64,000 nt of DNA from positions 3,704-67,703 of the forward strand of contig CAJWQF010000004.1 in NCBI GenBank assembly GCA_913045205.1, written 5' to 3'. The position numbers were made by a program, and so were the translations under genes. This document shows, piece by piece, positions 10,873 through 19,535 of the stretch. This stretch comes from an uncultured Gammaproteobacteria bacterium (GTDB taxonomy: Bacteria > Pseudomonadota > Gammaproteobacteria > Pseudomonadales > Azotimanducaceae). The notes below the pieces were generated by a model. That model worked only from the letters and a program-made list of their open reading frames with translations. It was not told the DNA's origin and did not search any database. Position 1 is the stretch's first letter. Every line of letters starts with the position of its first letter.

Positions 10873-10899
10873 GTATCGGGGAGATTGTGAGTATCTTTA
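10873..10899 (-). promoter_or_regulatory. sigma28 (FliA)-type promoter of the fliS-like gene
   Basis: TAAA-N15-CCCGATAC on the minus strand. Confidence 0.7.
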
Positions 10900-10945
10900 G
10901 CCGTTTACGGAAAAAAAGCCGCAAAGACTCTCCTGCCGAGCAAAT

Positions 10946-11680
10946 TTAGGTCGGGCAGCGGTCATACTCGCTGTCGAAACAGCTCTGGGCCAGCTCGGCG
11001 GCCTTAGCCTGAACGCTGCGCGAGAGCTGCATTTTGCTGTACTCCAGCAGGCTATCGGCATCCGCATAGCCGTTCATTTTGCTGACCATACCCCAGATAA
11101 ACGCTTTTAAGGGTTCGGTTTTATCGCCGGGGTGACCTTCGCCGTTTTGTAGCATTAGAGCAGTCATAAACTGGCCGATTGGACTGCCCAGTTTGGCCGC
11201 ATCCAAAAAATGGGTTCGCGCCCGGGCGGGATTTTTCTTCAGGCCGTGGCCTTGATAGTAAATCAGCCCCAACATGTAGTGGGAGTTGGCCAGATCTAGC
11301 TCGGCGGCGGCGGTAAAATAGCGCTTTGCCGCCAAGTAGTCCTGACGCATGCCGTAGCCATCAAAGGCCAGCATGCCAAGATTGTGCATCGCTTCAGGCG
11401 AATCTTGAGCAGCGGCTTTTTTGTACCACTCAATGGCTCGGGTATAGCTTTGCTTTACGCCATGACCGCGCTCATATAGGAAGGCGATATTGTTCTGCGC
11501 CTCGGCTTCACCGTCGTCGGCCAAACCCTTCCACGCTCGAAACGCGGTGGCGTAATGCTCGCGTTCCATGGCATTAAGCCCGGCCTGAAACGGCTCTGCA
11601 TGGACTGCAGTGATAAAGGCGCCCAGCAGCCATGCGATTAGCATGACCTTGCGGGTCGGAAAGGAAAAACCGAACAGCAT
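10946..11680 (-). CDS. Secreted Sel1-repeat protein
   Basis: Signal peptide (AVHA) and repeats AQNNIAFLYERGHGV, AMHNLGML..DGYGM, SHYMLGLIYYQGHGL. Confidence 0.88.
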   Translation of the reverse strand: MLFGFSFPTRKVMLIAWLLGAFITAVHAEPFQAGLNAMEREHYATAFRAWKGLADDGEAEAQNNIAFLYERGHGVKQSYTRAIEWYKKAAAQDSPEAMHNLGMLAFDGYGMRQDYLAAKRYFTAAAELDLANSHYMLGLIYYQGHGLKKNPARARTHFLDAAKLGSPIGQFMTALMLQNGEGHPGDKTEPLKAFIWGMVSKMNGYADADSLLEYSKMQLSRSVQAKAAELAQSCFDSEYDRCPT

Positions 11681-13386
11681 TATTGTTGCCTCAAGTTGGC
11701 CTGTATCTGTAGGACTTTGTTGAAAATGTCGCCTTCACTCAGCGCAGTCACCAGGCATCCTTCATGTATTACGGGAATCGACTCACCGACAAAGGTACTA
11801 GCGGTGCCCATGGCGTCTGTAAGCGTGTCGTTAGCCTGCAACACCACAGGCTCGGGATCGAGCGCCGCAGACAAAGAGGATGCTCGGGCAAGACTGTGGA
11901 TGTCAACTTTGCCCACTAACATTTGGTTGTCGTCGCAAACATAGGCCTCGGTGGCCTGGGCAACGGTCAAGGCCGAGCGTGCTTCTTCGACACTGGTTTG
12001 GGGGCTAAGGCGTACAAAGTCGCCGCCCTGAATTTCGCTTACCGGCGTCAGCGACAGTTCAATATGCTCTTGACCAAGGCGCAAATCGATGCCCCGATCG
12101 AGCAGCTGGCGGTCAAAGTAGGACAGGCCAAAGAAACGGAGTGTTAAAATAGAACACAAAATCACGCAGAGCATGGCGCTGAGGCCATAGGCGTAAGACC
12201 CGGTAAGTTCGATAACGATCATTATCACGGTCAGCGGCGCGCCGATCACTGCTCCGCCCACCGCGGCGACAGCGGCAACGGGTAAGGCGTAGCTCAAATG
12301 CGGTGCAAGCCCCAAAGAGACAGAAACATACGCCGCAATGGCACCGGTGGCTGCACCAACAAAAAGAGCAGGTCCAAATACGCCACCGAAGAAGCCAGCA
12401 TTGAGGCAGTAAGCTGTTACGAAAATTTTGCCGATCAGCAAGAGCACCAACATGCCAAGAGCAAATTGTCCGTCAATCATCTGATTTACTTGGTTCAGCC
12501 CCAGCCCAGTGACGTCGGGCAGAAAAACGCCAATGCCGCCTACCACGAGAACGCAGCTGAACATCAGTGCAGGCATCGACCATTGCGAGCGCCCGGCCAG
12601 CTCGCGGCCTTTGCGGATAGCTGCCATGTATGCGACAGCGGCGCCAGCGCTCAAGAAAGCCGTCATGACAAGGAACGGAATGAGTGGCTGCAGTTCTATG
12701 GGCATGGCGGGTACAGAGAAAGTTGGCTCAATAGTAAAAAACGCCTGATTGGCGGCGTAAGCGACAATGGACGCCACAGCAATCGGCGCAATGGCGCCGA
12801 TGGAGATTCGCCGCAGCAAGGCTTCGTGGGCGAATAGCACGCCAGCGATGGGCGCGTTAAAGCCAGCAGAAATTGCCCCCGCCACACCGCAAGCAATGAA
12901 CACACGACGATCAATTTTGATTCGCATGTACTTAAGCAGAACCTCGGTTATGGTGGCGCCGAAATGCACAAGGGGGCCATATTGGCCTACTGATCCGCCG
13001 CCACTGGCGGCAACAAATGCTGCCAGCGTAGAGCCCATGCCCTGACGGACATCCAGTGGTTCCCGACTTTGCTGCACCGCATAGATGCTGTCGGCGGGAC
13101 CCGACCAAATAGTGATGCCCAAAACGCGCCGCACAATAAGAATGAGTACTGCCGCGCCGCTGAGGGTAAGCAAGATATCTAAGTTGTAGCTAGTGCCTGC
13201 AATCGTCAGAGCCAAAAGGCTGTCGGTGCGGCTAGCGCTGAGAAACCAGCGGGCGCCCTCGACAAAGGTATTGGCAACGACCGCCATGACTAGTCCTACT
13301 ACTACGGCAAGGAAAAATTGGCTGGCAATATCGATAAGTATGTTGCCAGTGCGCGAGGCAGTGGTTTTTGGGTCGCTATTTTGCAT
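11680..13386 (-). CDS. ClC-family chloride channel/transporter with C-terminal CBS-like region
   Basis: GGSVGQYGP (GxEGP position), GAISAGFNAPIAGVLFAHE, GGVFGPALFVG, IELTGSY. Start ATG 13386 chosen because the upstream frame overlaps the small Cys gene. Confidence 0.9.
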   Translation of the reverse strand: MQNSDPKTTASRTGNILIDIASQFFLAVVVGLVMAVVANTFVEGARWFLSASRTDSLLALTIAGTSYNLDILLTLSGAAVLILIVRRVLGITIWSGPADSIYAVQQSREPLDVRQGMGSTLAAFVAASGGGSVGQYGPLVHFGATITEVLLKYMRIKIDRRVFIACGVAGAISAGFNAPIAGVLFAHEALLRRISIGAIAPIAVASIVAYAANQAFFTIEPTFSVPAMPIELQPLIPFLVMTAFLSAGAAVAYMAAIRKGRELAGRSQWSMPALMFSCVLVVGGIGVFLPDVTGLGLNQVNQMIDGQFALGMLVLLLIGKIFVTAYCLNAGFFGGVFGPALFVGAATGAIAAYVSVSLGLAPHLSYALPVAAVAAVGGAVIGAPLTVIMIVIELTGSYAYGLSAMLCVILCSILTLRFFGLSYFDRQLLDRGIDLRLGQEHIELSLTPVSEIQGGDFVRLSPQTSVEEARSALTVAQATEAYVCDDNQMLVGKVDIHSLARASSLSAALDPEPVVLQANDTLTDAMGTASTFVGESIPVIHEGCLVTALSEGDIFNKVLQIQANLRQQ

Positions 13387-13445
13387 TGAGTTTTTCCCCT
13401 GCGGTGGATTGTCGAACTTGATAAATGCCTTTAGCTGGTCCGGTG

Positions 13446-13643
13446 TCAAGGCTTTGGCGCGAAAGCAAGGCAATCGCGGCCATCGCTTTGACGCACTTCG
13501 ATACAGGGCAGCACGCGACTTTTGAAATTTAGCGCGCGGCAAAGGTAAGGGAAATTTTTATCCCAGCTGGTGTTGAAGTGACGGCACTGCCAGCAATTGA
13601 CCTTGTCTTGTCTAGGGTTCTGTTTGGAAGGCGGCTGAGTCAT
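13446..13643 (-). CDS. Small Cys-rich protein (65 aa), probably metal-binding
   Basis: CWQCRHF..SWD..FPYLC...FKS..PC..V..SDG.DC..F pattern; 4-bp overlap with the K+ channel stop suggests translational coupling. Confidence 0.75.
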   Translation of the reverse strand: MTQPPSKQNPRQDKVNCWQCRHFNTSWDKNFPYLCRALNFKSRVLPCIEVRQSDGRDCLAFAPKP

Positions 13644-14653
13644 CTGCTGTCACTCTCAGGGTCGATAGGCGCTGCAGAAATCTGTGTTGTTTGGCCGTCG
13701 ATATCCAAAATAACCGGATCGTGTTGTTCTTTTGCTTTCAAACGCGCCGTGCTTTGAATCAATTCATCCAAGGTCTCTGGGCGCAGGCCCATATCGTTGC
13801 CCATGCCGCGTAAGCGTTCAATTTCCTCTTGGGACAAAATACCGTCTTCCAGCGCTTCGTCCACACTAGCCTGTAACGAGCGCCGACTGTTGCGCAGTTG
13901 GTCAGAGAAACTGGCAGCTAAAATACCCGAGGGTAGGGCCACCATACCGATACCAAGAATGGTGACTAAGGAGCCAAGCAGCTTGCCAAGCGTGGTCATA
14001 GGAATGGCGTCGCCATAGCCTACCGTGGTTAAGGCCGCCATAGCCCACCACATAGCCTGTGGAATCGAGCCAAAGGCCTCTGGCTGTACGTCGCGCTCTA
14101 CTACATACAGCGCAGAGGCAGCCAGCGTCAGCACAATCAACATGATTAAGAACGTGCCGGTAAGATTTTTGCGCTCGTCGTAGAGCACGTTGAGTAAAAT
14201 ATCCAGTGACGCAAAATAACGAATTAACTTGAACACTCGAAACAGCCGCAAAATGCGCAGGAAACGCAGGTCTAGGCCGGGCATGAGAAACTGCAAAATA
14301 GAAGGTAGAAAGGCCACCAGATCGATAATCGACATGGGCTTTATTACATGGCGCAGGCGGTTGATCAGGCTGCTGGAGTCTCGACCTTCCCTGGGCACCG
14401 GCGCCTCGACACAGACCCAAACCCGCATCAGGTACTCGACCAAAAAAAATGCACAGGACAGCAGTTCAATGGCGAAGAATATGTCGCCATAGGCGGCGGC
14501 ATAGGATGGGATCGACTCCAAAATAATCGCGACCAGATTAATGGCGATTACCCCAACGACGATGGAACTGATCGCCACCGAGGCTGGGTCGTTCCGGTCA
14601 AAGTGCTCTAGCGCGTGGTATAGGCGCTTACGAGTGCTTGCAACTAAAGCCAT
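13640..14653 (-). CDS. Voltage-gated potassium channel (6TM)
   Basis: S4 RFLRILRLFRVFKLIRY, pore helix WW..TTVGYGD. Confidence 0.93.
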   Translation of the reverse strand: MALVASTRKRLYHALEHFDRNDPASVAISSIVVGVIAINLVAIILESIPSYAAAYGDIFFAIELLSCAFFLVEYLMRVWVCVEAPVPREGRDSSSLINRLRHVIKPMSIIDLVAFLPSILQFLMPGLDLRFLRILRLFRVFKLIRYFASLDILLNVLYDERKNLTGTFLIMLIVLTLAASALYVVERDVQPEAFGSIPQAMWWAMAALTTVGYGDAIPMTTLGKLLGSLVTILGIGMVALPSGILAASFSDQLRNSRRSLQASVDEALEDGILSQEEIERLRGMGNDMGLRPETLDELIQSTARLKAKEQHDPVILDIDGQTTQISAAPIDPESDSR

Positions 14654-14709
14654 ACGGTTTCTTCGCTAATTTTCTCGCAACCTATAGCACGAAAAGACCG
14701 CCAATGGTC

Positions 14710-15906
14710 CTAGCCGTCAATAAGAATTTCGATGCGTCGATTCTGAGCCCGTCCAGCTGCCTCATCATTGTTAGCCACCGGCTTGGTGTCGGCATAGCCG
14801 AACACGCTGACCCTCTGACTGTCTATGCCGCTATTGGCAAAAAAGTAGTCGGCAACGGCCGCTGCACGAGCCGCGGATAAATCCCAGTTTGAATCGAAGC
14901 GCTCGCTGAAGGCGATAGGGATGTTATCGGTATGGCCAGATACCTGAACGTTGCCACCGGCTCGGGCTACTGAGTCGCCAACGTTGCCAAGGGTTGCTAA
15001 GAAGGCGGGCTGTAGCTCCGCATACCCCGAGCGGAAAGAGTTTGCAGCCGAAAGGCTAATTAAAATTTGGTCGTCGATTTTTTCGACCGAGGTAAGCCCC
15101 TGCTCGATTTCTGCGCGTAGGTCGGCTTGCAGCATTTGGTACTTGTCGTCTAATGCCTGATCTTGACGCGCTTGGCGTAACATTTCGTCTTCGGTATCTG
15201 AGGACAGGTACTCTACCTCTAACTCTGTTTCCATAAATGCCTGAGATTCGGCGACCTTGGCGAAGATCTCTAGTTCCTCGCGGTCTAACTCGCCGTCGTT
15301 CGCTTGCTGTCCTGTTGGTTCGCGCAGATTGGAGTCAACGTCTTCATTGACAGACACCGTAATTTTACCGTCGTCCTCTTTTAGTTCGACTTTGCCGGCA
15401 GCGATTTCCTTAGCAAAGGTACGCTTTAGATTTTCGATGTCTGAGGTGCTCTCAGATTTGCCTGGGTCGGGACGCTCTTCAAGTTCCTCATCGACGGGAT
15501 CTGCGTCCGATGTATCCTCTTGGGCCTCTCTGCCCGGAGGTGACTTAGTTGTGCGGTAATTCTGGGCAATAATCGTTTTACCGATGGGCACCTCGATACT
15601 CGGTTCACGTGTCTGAACGCCAAAAGCCTCCGACATAGTGCCATCCAGCATTTTTGTGATGGACGGGTCGTCCATTTCTGTAAATGACAGAATCAGGACG
15701 AAAAAAGCCATCAGCAGCGTTGCCATATCAGCAAAGGTAGCCATCCACGCAGGCGCTCCGGCCTCACAGGTTGGGCATTCGACGGGTTTTGCCTTGGGCG
15801 GATCTTTCGGCTCCTCTGGCTCTTCCTCAATGACCGGCTCCAGTTCCTCTTCCGGCTCTAGGTCTTCCAGTTCTGGCTCTTGCAGTTCGGGATTTTCTTC
15901 AGCCAT
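14710..15906 (-). CDS. motB: Flagellar stator B subunit (MotB/PomB-like), copy 2
   Basis: WMATFADMATLLMAFFVLILSF TM; OmpA domain GHTDNIP..SNWDLSAARA..NRRIEI. Confidence 0.93.
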   Translation of the reverse strand: MAEENPELQEPELEDLEPEEELEPVIEEEPEEPKDPPKAKPVECPTCEAGAPAWMATFADMATLLMAFFVLILSFTEMDDPSITKMLDGTMSEAFGVQTREPSIEVPIGKTIIAQNYRTTKSPPGREAQEDTSDADPVDEELEERPDPGKSESTSDIENLKRTFAKEIAAGKVELKEDDGKITVSVNEDVDSNLREPTGQQANDGELDREELEIFAKVAESQAFMETELEVEYLSSDTEDEMLRQARQDQALDDKYQMLQADLRAEIEQGLTSVEKIDDQILISLSAANSFRSGYAELQPAFLATLGNVGDSVARAGGNVQVSGHTDNIPIAFSERFDSNWDLSAARAAAVADYFFANSGIDSQRVSVFGYADTKPVANNDEAAGRAQNRRIEILIDG

Positions 15907-17077
15907 CGACGATCACCTCTATGCGACGATTCCGCGCACGGCCTGCGGCAGTGGTGTTGTCGGCGATTGGCTCGCTGTCTGCTAAGCCAGTGATCGTGAC
16001 CCGGCCCGGTTGCAGTTGGCTGTTATCGAGCAAGAAGTTGGCTACCGCCGCCGAGCGGGCCGAAGACAGATCCCAATTGGAGCGGAAACGCTCACTGAAG
16101 GCCACCGGCACGTTGTCGGTATGGCCTTCGACGCGAACCAGACCACCAGTATTGTTCACCGCGTTTCCCACACTGATAAGAGTATCGGTAAAGCCCTGCT
16201 GCAGCGTCGCACTGCCGGAGCCGAAGCTATCTTGCTGCCCAAGTCGGATGACCACGCTATCGCCGTCGCGCTCCACTTCGGCCAGTCCCTGCGCGATTTG
16301 CTCGCTCAGCTGTGCTCGAATCGCCTCGTACTTACTGGCGGCTTCCGTAGACCGACCCTCAGCCTTGGCCTGGCCTTGAATTTGTCTTCTAACGACAATC
16401 TCGCTGGTAATGGCGCTTTGGACGTCGCTAGCCGCTTCAGCGACGTCCAGCGTTTGCTGTGATATGCGGCCACCCTTGCCCAAAGCCTCGGCACCGCTTT
16501 CACTGCGGTTTGAGGCGTCTTCGATCATTTCAACGACAATGTTTTCGCCTCGAATACTTACCGTGACTTGACCCTGCTCGATCTCATATTCAAAAGCTTC
16601 AAGCACTGCTTGATAGTCGGCTTGGATGTCTGCTGGTTCTTCCTCAAAGTCCTTCATCTGCTGAATGTTCTGGCGCGTCGTATCCTCTACTGTTTGAGTG
16701 ACCTGAGGTATAACCGTTGGTGCGGCATCGGAAAGCGTGAAAGTGCTGTCGAGTACGGTTTCGGCCATGGGTATTGTTACCTTGGCCACTACGCGTTTAA
16801 TGCCGAAGGCTAGTTTGATAGAACCGGCTACCTGCTCGAACTTGGGTACATTAACGCTGGAGAAAGACAGGATCAGAACGAAGAAAGCCATAAGTAGCGT
16901 AGCCATATCGGCAAAGGTAGCCATCCATGCGGGCGCGCCAACTTCGCAGCGTGGACACTCTTCGACTTTCTTCTTGGGAGGCTGCGGCTCTTGGGAGCCG
17001 CCTTCTTCTTCAAGCTCCTCTTCAAGTCCTTCTGCATCTAGAAGTTCTTCGTCAGCTGTGTTTTGTTCCTCAGCCAT
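15899..17077 (-). CDS. motB: Flagellar stator B subunit (MotB/PomB-like), copy 1
   Basis: Same TM motif; GHTDNVP..SNWDLSSARS..NRRIEV. Confidence 0.93.
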   Translation of the reverse strand: MAEEQNTADEELLDAEGLEEELEEEGGSQEPQPPKKKVEECPRCEVGAPAWMATFADMATLLMAFFVLILSFSSVNVPKFEQVAGSIKLAFGIKRVVAKVTIPMAETVLDSTFTLSDAAPTVIPQVTQTVEDTTRQNIQQMKDFEEEPADIQADYQAVLEAFEYEIEQGQVTVSIRGENIVVEMIEDASNRSESGAEALGKGGRISQQTLDVAEAASDVQSAITSEIVVRRQIQGQAKAEGRSTEAASKYEAIRAQLSEQIAQGLAEVERDGDSVVIRLGQQDSFGSGSATLQQGFTDTLISVGNAVNNTGGLVRVEGHTDNVPVAFSERFRSNWDLSSARSAAVANFLLDNSQLQPGRVTITGLADSEPIADNTTAAGRARNRRIEVIVDG

Positions 17078-17090
17078 GGTGGCGTAAAGG

Positions 17091-17855
17091 CTACAGCCCT
17101 TCTAGAGCGGAGCGATCGTTGGGGGCCAGACGAGTTGCCAGCAGGTCGGCAATCGTTCGTGGGTTGGTGCTGTTTTGAATTTCTCGAATACCCTCCATGA
17201 TCAATTCACAGTTTTCGGTCTCGTCCAACGAGTAGCCCTCGAGCTTTTCTGCAATGGGCTTACAGATACAGTTCGCCAGCAAGGCGCCGTAGAGGGTGGT
17301 CAACAGGGCGATTGCCATGGCGGGACCAATGGCCTTGGGGTCACTCATGTTTTGCAGCATGCCCACCAGTCCGCACAGCGTGCCAATCATGCCCATAGCG
17401 GGTGCAATCTCTGCCCACGAGCGCCACATCAAGGCCGCATTGGCATGCCGTGACTTCATTAACGACAGCTCGTTTTCGAGGCTCGCTTCAATCACTGTGG
17501 CTGGGGTGCTGTCGACGAGTAAACCGATACCCTTTGAAAGGAATTGGTTTTTGATGTCCTGACCCTCTAACGCAATAAGGCCGTCCTTCCGCGCGATGTT
17601 CGCCATTTCGACGATTTGCTCGATCAGCTCAGCAGGCTTGTCTACGCCAGAGAAAACGGTCTTCATAACGACTTTAGAGAACATGTTGATGAAGTCGGCA
17701 AGTTTAGAGCGCATCAGCAGTACCATGATGGAGCCGCCGCCCACGATCATAAAAGATACGGTGTCATTAAAAGCGGACAGACCCGCGGAATCGTTCATAG
17801 ACCAAACGATTACACCCATTGAACCAACGAGCCCTATAACGGTCGCGATATCCAT
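17091..17855 (-). CDS. motA: Flagellar stator A subunit (PomA-like)
   Basis: ARKDGLIALE, PAMGMIGTLCGLVGML..DPKAIGPAMAIALLTTLYG; 254 aa. Confidence 0.95.
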   Translation of the reverse strand: MDIATVIGLVGSMGVIVWSMNDSAGLSAFNDTVSFMIVGGGSIMVLLMRSKLADFINMFSKVVMKTVFSGVDKPAELIEQIVEMANIARKDGLIALEGQDIKNQFLSKGIGLLVDSTPATVIEASLENELSLMKSRHANAALMWRSWAEIAPAMGMIGTLCGLVGMLQNMSDPKAIGPAMAIALLTTLYGALLANCICKPIAEKLEGYSLDETENCELIMEGIREIQNSTNPRTIADLLATRLAPNDRSALEGL

Positions 17856-17913
17856 ATTATTCCCACTTTAGTAAATGCGGTCGGCAGATTCTCTGACATT
17901 GACGGCTAGTAAA

Positions 17914-17940
17914 CAATCGGTTGATGATTGTAAGACTTTA
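17914..17940 (-). promoter_or_regulatory. sigma28-type promoter of the motA operon
   Basis: TAAA-N15-ACCGATTG. Confidence 0.65.
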
Positions 17941-17976
17941 AAGTTACTAAACTTTTTCTCCAAGGAGCACCTGCAA

Positions 17977-18540
17977 ATGCTAGCCAATGACCTGTGCGGT
18001 ATTTTTTTAGCAAAGCTTGGAAACAGATTAAGACAGTATTTGCTGATTCTGCTAGCCCCTCTGGTTTTGGTTGGCTGCGATTTCGAGCGCATAGATACCC
18101 TGTGTTCCGAGTACATCGCCGCTGGCGATATGGGAAGGTTTACCGAGCAGGCCAATGGCATCGCCATGGATACAACGTCTGGCCTTGAGTGGTATCGCTG
18201 CGCTTTCGGTCAACGCTATACGCCACAGGGCTGCGCTGGCGTGCCAACGCGCCTCGCGTGGTCTGCGGTAGAGGGCTACTTAAGCGAGATCAGTACCAAG
18301 GCGGGGCAGGCTTGGCGGTTACCCACCGAGGCTGAGCTGGAAGCCATTACCGAAACCGAGTGCTTGTCTCCGGCCTTGAACCCAAATGCTTTTCCGAACG
18401 CGACGGTAGACAACCACTGGGTAACAGGCGAGGGCCTGCGGAAAGGCAAGCCCTGTGTGGTCTACACCTATAACGGCGCTCGCTCCTGTCGACTGCCCGT
18501 TGACGGCAATCGACCGTTTTTTATGGTCAAGGCCCGCTAG
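17977..18540 (+). CDS. DUF1566/Lcl-domain lipoprotein
   Basis: Lipobox LVGC; DTTSGLEWYRC..GQ, WRLPTEAEL motifs; AAGGAG upstream of ATG 17977. Confidence 0.8.
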   Translation: MLANDLCGIFLAKLGNRLRQYLLILLAPLVLVGCDFERIDTLCSEYIAAGDMGRFTEQANGIAMDTTSGLEWYRCAFGQRYTPQGCAGVPTRLAWSAVEGYLSEISTKAGQAWRLPTEAELEAITETECLSPALNPNAFPNATVDNHWVTGEGLRKGKPCVVYTYNGARSCRLPVDGNRPFFMVKAR

Positions 18541-18560
18541 CAGCCTACCGCCATAGGCGC

Positions 18561-18938
18561 TTAGCTGACGGTTTGCCAAGCTTCTCGCAGTTCTGACATG
18601 GCAACATAGAGCTTCTCTATACTTTCGCCGTCTCTGTCGCTCTTGGCTTTGTACAAACTCGCCGCGATAGAGGTGTAGGTGTCGTACAGGCTTTGTGCCA
18701 CTTCGCCGCCTTTGTCCATGTCGAGAACCCCGCGCAGGGCGATAACAATTTGCATGGCGTGGGTCGTAGCGTTGTCAAACGCCTCTGGTTCAGCGTGAGC
18801 GAGGCTTTCGTTAGCTTGGCGAAGGAGCACACAGGCTTTATCGAAGAGCATGGTGACAAGTTGGGCCGGGCTTTGCGATTCGGTTTTTGTTTCGACGTCG
18901 ATGTTGCTGTACTCGGCCAGCGCGGATTTTCGATACAT
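18561..18938 (-). CDS. fliS: Flagellin export chaperone FliS
   Basis: SPAQLVTMLFDKA, LRGVLDMDKGGEVAQSLYDTY, ELREAWQ. Confidence 0.93.
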   Translation of the reverse strand: MYRKSALAEYSNIDVETKTESQSPAQLVTMLFDKACVLLRQANESLAHAEPEAFDNATTHAMQIVIALRGVLDMDKGGEVAQSLYDTYTSIAASLYKAKSDRDGESIEKLYVAMSELREAWQTVS

Positions 18939-18999
18939 CTTTTTTTTATCCAATTGTTTCTCGCACTGACGTTGTATCAGCACCTTTTACCTACTTAAC

Positions 19000-19026
19000 A
19001 AATCGGATACAAGTGGCGCAGCTTTA
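19000..19026 (-). promoter_or_regulatory. sigma28-type promoter of fliS
   Basis: TAAA-N15-TCCGATTT. Confidence 0.7.
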
Positions 19027-19068
19027 GGGGTTTTTTGCAGGTACGCCACCTGTATCCGGTTTAACCGG

Positions 19069-19440
19069 TTAAGTGCTTTTGTCGATAAAGGTGCCAAGCA
19101 TGCGGGTGAGGTTGCGCATAAAGGAAAGTAGCTCCTCGGCAGGCATTTGCCGGATCACATCGCCGGAGCTCGCGTCGACAACTTTCACTACACGAGCGCC
19201 GCTGCTTTCGTCGGTCGTAAATTCCACCGAGCGATTGCGCAGATCCATCATCACTTGCACCTGCTCTACTGCACGGTCCATTTCCTGCTGCGAAAAGCGC
19301 TCTTGACCCAGGTTGTTGCTCGGTAGTACTTGCTCAGCCTTTACTTTCTCCACTTCCCTGCGAGCAACATTGGCCGCAGGGTCGACGGTCTGCAAAATGG
19401 TGCCTGCAACCGAGCTAGCATTTACATTCTCAATAGACAT
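19069..19440 (-). CDS. flaG: FlaG family protein
   Basis: RSVEFTTDESSGARVVKVVDASSGDVIRQMPAEE; AAGGAG RBS. Confidence 0.92.
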   Translation of the reverse strand: MSIENVNASSVAGTILQTVDPAANVARREVEKVKAEQVLPSNNLGQERFSQQEMDRAVEQVQVMMDLRNRSVEFTTDESSGARVVKVVDASSGDVIRQMPAEELLSFMRNLTRMLGTFIDKST

Positions 19441-19535
19441 TTGTGTTCTCCTTGAGCGCATTCAGCGCTCGTTCTTTTACGCTAGATCGAGCAATGTCCT
19501 GCACTCGATCTGCTACTTATGTTGAATCTATAGGC

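Noticed and set aside
13387-13542. N-terminal extension of the 620-aa ClC ORF
   Set aside because: Overlaps the more credible Cys-rich small gene; ATG 13386 preferred.
18940-18947. T8 tract before fliS as a phase-variation site
   Set aside because: Lies upstream of the likely start (18938) and is short.
19516-19523. Reciprocal antisense from the fla1 3' UTR (ACAUAAGU) to the fla4 start region
   Set aside because: Only 8 AU-rich nt with no extension; not distinguishable from chance. Coordinates approximate.
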